A stretch of DNA of 59,344 bases, filler included, from Sphacelaria rigidula (taxonomy: Eukaryota): NCBI GenBank assembly GCA_964200075.2. It is 7 parts of 7 records of this genome, joined end to end, with 100 filler letters (N's around TTAATTAATTAA, not from the genome) between each part and the next. Parts side by side here need not be neighbours in the genome. Positions count along the whole stretch, not along the records: positions 50,955 to 59,344 come from CAXNAA020011301.1; 6 more parts are not named here. One strand, 5' to 3'. The position numbers and the translations under genes are program-made. Under the pieces are notes generated by a model that was not told where the DNA came from, did not search any database, and saw only the letters and a list, made by a program, of their open reading frames with translations. Position 1 is the stretch's first letter. Each line of letters starts with the position of its first letter. This document shows positions 53,545 to 59,344 of the stretch, piece after piece.

Positions 53545-53650
53545 GCCGTTTCTAACGGAAATATCACGTCATCAATAAATACCTCGAGTGCAGCGGGTGA
53601 AAACGTACATCCTTGCGCAACGCCTTGTAAAATATTAAAATATTTTCCCG
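53545..53650 (-). mobile_element. LINE (non-LTR) RT fragment
   Basis: KYFNILQGVAQGCTFSPAALEVFIDDV matches the GVxQGxxLSPxLF..FIDD RT motif. Confidence 0.7.
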
Positions 53651-53974
53651 TCCAGCAGCATCGCGCTTTTGGCGCTCGAAGCACCCCGCTCCCCCATGTA
53701 GTGATGCTTTGAAGCTTTTGCTCGTAGGTGCCACCTCCTGGAAAGGCTATAGCAGTGCCAAGCTGAAGCGCCAAGTGTTTATGATTATGGGAATTTCTTT
53801 CGGCGAGTACGATACGAAGATGGAGTCTGGGAAGAGCTATCTCGCCGGGAACTCGAGTGCTCCAAGCTGGAACGGAGGAACGAAAGATAGACTGTAGCCA
53901 TCGGCGTTTACGTGTACCTGTTGTGTGATGTGATATATTATATCATTGCGAGAGGAATGCGGTGGTGAAATAAG

Positions 53975-54167
53975 TATATATCGCTGCTACAGTACGTTTC
54001 AGTCATGAATTTCGAGTGTTCCTGTCTTTTTCTTTGTCGCTTTGTCATTGATTGCTCCGTGATGAAATAAGGGAATGAGTAACTATATATCGCTGCTACC
54101 GTACGTTTCAGTCATGAATTTCGAGTGTTCCTGTCTTTTTCTTTGTCGCTTTGTTATTGATTGCTCC
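53975..54167. repeat. Tandem duplication (~85-bp copies)
   Basis: TATATATCGCTGCTAC...CATGAATTTCGAGTG...TTGATTGCTCC occurs twice. Confidence 0.85.
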
Positions 54168-55154
54168 CCATTTGGTAACATACGGGTACATGTGTGAGCG
54201 AAGGCGCGTGGGCTCTATTTCCAGTAGAATAGGCGTCAGTAGTTCCAGAAGAGCAACCCTCAAAAGCTGCACTCCTGTAACTATTGATCAGTTCGTGGAA
54301 AGGTTGTTTTTAGCGAGGTTCAAGCCCCGCACTACCCCACAATCCAGCGTAACTTATCCGGGGCGTCGACGCGCGATCAAGCTAACTAGCCGATCGTTCT
54401 CCAGTCTAACTGAGATTCCGGGAAAACGACAGCGACTGTACTTGTCTGCTGTTTCTGTCGTTGGAAAGGGCGTTACAGATTTTTTCCTTTCCTAACGAAT
54501 AGAGTTTTCCCCTGTTTATCAGTGTTTACCTATTCATTGGATCTGCAACGAGTTTTCCCCTGTACTGTAATTCAACAGGTTTTTCTCGTTTAAATTTCAG
54601 GCATATGATGCACAGGCTTTGTTTTTGTTCTGGCCCTTCCAGCTCTCCAATAAATTTGTGTTCAGCCTCATAGATAGGGCTAGGTGAATGTTACAGATTT
54701 ATTGGCCATTTTCCAGTCGACTAGGTATCATGTGTCATACTTTGTCATGCTTGGTATCCGATGGGTCATACTACATTGTGCGGTAGAATCTGGCCGTGTG
54801 CCCCCCTGTGTGCCCTCACGTCTTACAGCGTTTTGGATTATGCATCTCAACTAGCAAAGGACGAGTTAGCCTGTACGCCAATAATACAAGAGCATCTATG
54901 CCATCATGGACTGCGATCTCAGAGGATTCTCTGGTCTTTTTACAATGTAAGCTTGACCTCCATGCAACATATGTTGTGCTGCAGCCTGCGCGGTTCACGG
55001 CATGCCACCTGACCACTGGTGCGGTGGCTGACTTTACACTTGGTAACGTCGAGCTCAATGGCTTCGATACTAATGATTGTGTTTGGGCCCGCTAGCCCCC
55101 GGTGCCCACTGAACTGACATCTTCCTACCTAGGTGGTGAGTATCGAATCATGAC

Positions 55155-55410
55155 ATACCAGCAACGAAGCAAATTTAAACCACGAGCAGTTTTGCACCGC
55201 CTCTTCTGTCCATGAGCGCGTATGCAATTCGATTGCCCATCCCAACGCGCAGCTCAGTCGGTGGACCCTGCCACAGAATCAGAAAATGATACCAGCAGCG
55301 AAGCAGATTTGAATCACCAGCAGTTTTGCACCGCCTCTACCGTCCATGAGCGCGTATGCAATTCGATCGCCCACCCCAACACGCAGCTTAGTCGGTGAAC
55401 CTTGCCACAA
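55155..55410. repeat. Tandem duplication (~134-bp period)
   Basis: ATACCAGCA...CAGTTTTGCACCGCCTC...GCGTATGCAATTCGAT...TGCCACA occurs twice. Confidence 0.85.
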
Positions 55411-58321
55411 AAGTAGCTGCCCAAGTTTTCGCCAACAAGAATAAACGCCAAAAGTGTGGTGGTGTCGGTTCAGGCACACGTTTCACTGCAGTAACATTGA
55501 TGTGTGGTGGCCAAGACTGCTGCAGTTCGTGTTCTTGTCTTGTTTTGTTCGCAATTACTGTAAACGTGGGGTGGCACCTCGAGGGCGTGTGCTTCCGTAG
55601 TAGTACAGTAGCAGCAGCTGGACACTATTAATTTTGCAACAAGAGAAAGCAGCTGATGCATACTGTATACAATCCGTGTTTAGGTTCTAAAAAAGACAGC
55701 AGAATTTCTGTGTTGTGTTCAGTGTAGTACTCTGTACTCCATATAATGGGGTCACGTTTTGGGCAGTTTTTCGAAAAGTTTTGATTGGTTCTGAAAATAT
55801 ATTCTGATAAAAACGAGACAGTTTTCTGTCAAAGAAATCCAATGTCGAATCTGAAATAGCCTGCGACAACAACCAATTTATAAATTGGAATAAAAACCAA
55901 CGCAACCAACCACCGTCGTCCCACTCTCTTAAGAATAATGGGACCCACCTGGGAAAAAACGGTACGGTGCGTATTCGAGGATGGATGGTTCGAAGGTTTC
56001 ACGAGAAAAGCCGGAAAATAGCTGTTTCCACTATTATATCACGACGGTAAGAGTACAGCATCTACAAAGCAGACATTTAAAGGCATTGGCCAACAATCAG
56101 TACAGCACACGGTTTGCTGCTCGGGAAGCACATGTTTCCCGGCTCTTTTTGTCCTCCCTGTTGTTTTTGCTGGACGCATATTGAACGCGTCAACAAGCAG
56201 TAGCGCGCTAGGGTTTTCATAACTCACCGGGTAGAACTTGACTGAGATCGGGGCTTAGAGTAGCAGAAACATTTTTTTTTCTCGGTAATCGGGGTGATGC
56301 CAGCATATGCTGTGTACGTATTGGTTGTCGAAAGAGCCATGATTTAGATTATAGTTCGCTCTGCTTCGCATCACACTTCCAATTTTCCTATCCTTTCTCA
56401 CATTGGAATGGAATGGAAAAGGGACAGAAGAGACATACGCCCTCAATGAAGAAAAGCAAGAACACCATACAAGCAGAAGAGGGGACGCGGAAAGAAAGTA
56501 AGGACCATAGATTGACGATGACAATTCTTTCGCGCATCGCGCCACGCAAATTCCAGACATTATCGTTGTAGTCCGAGTGACGTCCTTCCACGTGCGCAAG
56601 GGTGCGCAAGAAGGCGGAGCTGAGACCGGAGCCGTCCCTCGGCAAGTTCCCGCTAGGTTCTCTCGATCTATCCCTGGCCACCACTTGTAGATCCGTCTTG
56701 ACGTACACGTGCAACGCGTGTCTCCCGGAATGCCAGTGGGCATCGAACGAGGCAAACGCGCTAGTGCCACCCCAAGTAGTGCAATCGTACTTGAGCCATT
56801 TCCACTGCAAGCGGAACTGCGTGACGTAGTGGGCGTCCACCCAGATGAGCTACACAATCAAGATCAAGGAGTACTCTACCCCTAAAGAGAGAGTCTCGGA
56901 CGCGTCGGGGGGAACGCCAACGACTGCGTCGACGGCAGCAACACTCGACGAAATAAATAGGCGGTCGGGGGCGTTGATAGCCGAGAAAGGCAGGAAATTC
57001 CAAAAAAACATGTCCGATGGGATGATTCCGCATGACGGACAAACTCCCGCCCCGGGGTAAGAAAACTCAAGACACGTAGCTCCCAAAAATAAACCAACCA
57101 CGGCAGCCTGCAGAGTTCTACTATTTCCGTGAGGAACCATTAAGATAGCTGGGTCACTCAAAGCCGCAGATTGCTCGGGCGTTATCGTCCGCAGGCTGTG
57201 GTCGTCTACGGAGCAAGTAACGTGGCGCCTCCACGAGATCCCTACAGGTTCTCGCGTAAGCAAAACCAGTTGGAGGTTGCTGGCGCGTGTCCGGCCAGTT
57301 CGCTGGCACGTGAGGCTTGCGTCTTTGGCAAATGGCTTCGTACACGCTCGCCGTGTCGCCTACTTGATCACCGCTTCCGGGTAAACCGCCGTCTGACACG
57401 ACGAAGTCGCGCGCTTCCGCCAGCTTCACCTGGTGAAGGTTAGTTGGCATTTGGGAGAGTTAGACGATGAAAGAGAGCTACGTAGCCGAATCAATCCCAG
57501 GGTGGTTGGACTCAGGAAGTGCGATTTAGTGAAAAATCTACCCGGCCAGTCAAAAACGAAATATTCATCAGGTCGGTCAGAATAGAACCGCAGAATTGCA
57601 GAAGGCCATCTGCACAAGGCCTTCGGTGCACCTTTTCTAGCCCCGTTGCCTCTTTAGGCCCAAGCACCTTTGATCCATCGACGCTTTGGGGTTTTGAGGG
57701 CGTGTCTTAGCATTGTTTTTTTCGATCGAAAAATTGCGGTCGAATCTTTTCCTGCCGATCTCATAGGCCCACCGCATTCACGTTCCTTGAAGGCTTCGAC
57801 TCAAAATTATATCTAGCGGCGCGCGGAGAAGAATGCAACGAGGTATAAAAGAATCGTGTGAGATTGAAAACATGCGGTCGGAAGGCACGAAGCGGCACTT
57901 GACTCCTATCTTACAAATAGGCTTCTACTTGTGATGCTAGGAAGTTCTTTTTTATGCTAGTAATAGAGAGTTTCAGAAAACGCCTTTTTTGTCATTTCAG
58001 AGTACAAATATCTCAGGAGCAGAGTGCAGAATAATAAAAAACAACTCATCGAAAAGAAGTCAAGGGGATACCACATTTGACGGAGGGGGAACTAATTTTT
58101 CGTTACACTCTGATCCTGACATATTTGCACTGTGAAATGACAAAAAAGGGATTTCCGAAAATCTCTAATATCACCAAAAATAATGCTCGTAAAGTGGAAT
58201 GTATGCTTGATTTATGCTCGCAACGTAATTTATGCTCGATTATGCTCGTAATATCCAACAAGGATGGCATTCTCGACCGGAAACAGACCCACCGATCACT
58301 ATATTATGCATGTTATACACA

Positions 58322-59172
58322 CAGTGGGGGGCTCTCAGTAGCGCCGGTATGTGCCCACCACGGACACCGGCACTACTCAGAGCCCGGCACTACTCTGAAA
58401 AGTGCCAAAATAGGTGCAATTGAGGGCTCTGAATACCTCAGTAGTGCTGGTTCTGACACTACTGACGACCGTCCGTTCGTACAGTGCTACGCTTGCCCTT
58501 CGTGGGGCCAACGGAAGCACAAAACGAACGAGGACCTTTGTGTCAAGGGGTTTTAATAGGATACGTCACGTAAGGTTTCGGGGTAGCACTAAACCCGATT
58601 TTTTTTGTTTTTCACAACCAACTTGATTGATCCTGTTCACAGGTTGATCATTTCCTTCCCTACTAGCACAACAGCAGCAGTACGGCCACAAAAGTTGCTC
58701 CTGCCGAAAGACCTTTCCGACAAGGAAAACGAAGACACCTCTGCACCCAACGCAACTAAGAAGGTGCGGCATCTGGTGTGGAACAAAAATCACGAAAGAG
58801 TACGCCGCCCACCAATAGGATTGAGCGAGAAAGAATGAACCACATCCCTTTTCACTCCCTACCGGTTACCAAGACAAGGAGAGAGAAAAACAAACGACCT
58901 CGAAAAAAAAACACACCGATGCAGCAAACTAGACACGACTCCTCCCGTGGCTGTGCTCGGGCGTAGATGCTACGGGCTACCCGATAACGGCGATAACCGG
59001 CACTGTTGAGGGTATAAAACAGTTCAAACCGGCGCTACTGAGGTTCATCTGTCAGTAGTGCCGCCCGGCACTACTGCGAACTCTGGCTGTGCCCGGAGAT
59101 TTTACCGGCATTATATACTTCGAAGTAGGTCGTCGGCACTATTCAACCAGCAGTACTGAAAGCCCCCCACTG
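58322..59172. mobile_element. Non-autonomous TIR element, Tc1/mariner-like ends
   Basis: CAGTGGGGGGCTCTCAGTA...TACTGAAAGCCCCCCACTG followed by TA (left flank is CA); subterminal CCGGCACTACT motifs at both ends. Confidence 0.7.
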
Positions 59173-59344
59173 TATATATACGAACAGCTATGCTACGATC
59201 ATGCATGTTATATATGTATATATATATATACGAAGAGCCATGCTACGATAGGGGGGGGGGGGGGGGGGATCGGGACAAGAAAAAAAAGTGCTCATAGAAG
59301 AAGCGAAGGACCCACAAAACAAACGCGGGGTGCGCTTGTATTTG

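Noticed and set aside
56255..57450. Overlapping GC-rich ORFs of 100-200 aa on both strands
   Set aside because: No recognisable motif, splice pattern or consistent frame; probably decayed TE sequence.

Overview
Eukaryotic, intron-rich, repeat-rich genomic DNA. The style (short exons, multi-kb introns, poly-G runs) fits a stramenopile such as a brown alga; this is inference, not a database match. The window is not one locus. It is seven unrelated contigs of 8394, 8393, 8393, 8392, 8392, 8390 and 8390 bp in descending size order, joined by artificial 100-bp N44-TTAATTAATTAA-N44 spacers. Three partial host genes can be spliced by hand: condensin II subunit G2 (NCAPG2, 6 exons, minus), the DEAH helicase DHX34 (2 exons, plus) and a kinesin motor domain (3 exons, minus). 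Each of the three needs one non-canonical phase-2 AG|GC splice donor (3 of 11 donors). The rest is transposon debris: a Ty1/Copia integrase ORF, an older LTR element, a DIRS/Ngaro-type tyrosine recombinase pseudogene, Gypsy and LINE RT fragments, several MITE/foldback elements (one hAT-type with an intact 8-bp TSD) and minisatellites. There is also a frameshifted, highly acidic repeat-protein gene. I found no convincing novel multi-gene system. The best leads are the GC-AG enrichment, the acidic repeat gene with its adjacent 274-bp direct repeats, and a weak KDZ-transposase-like remnant.
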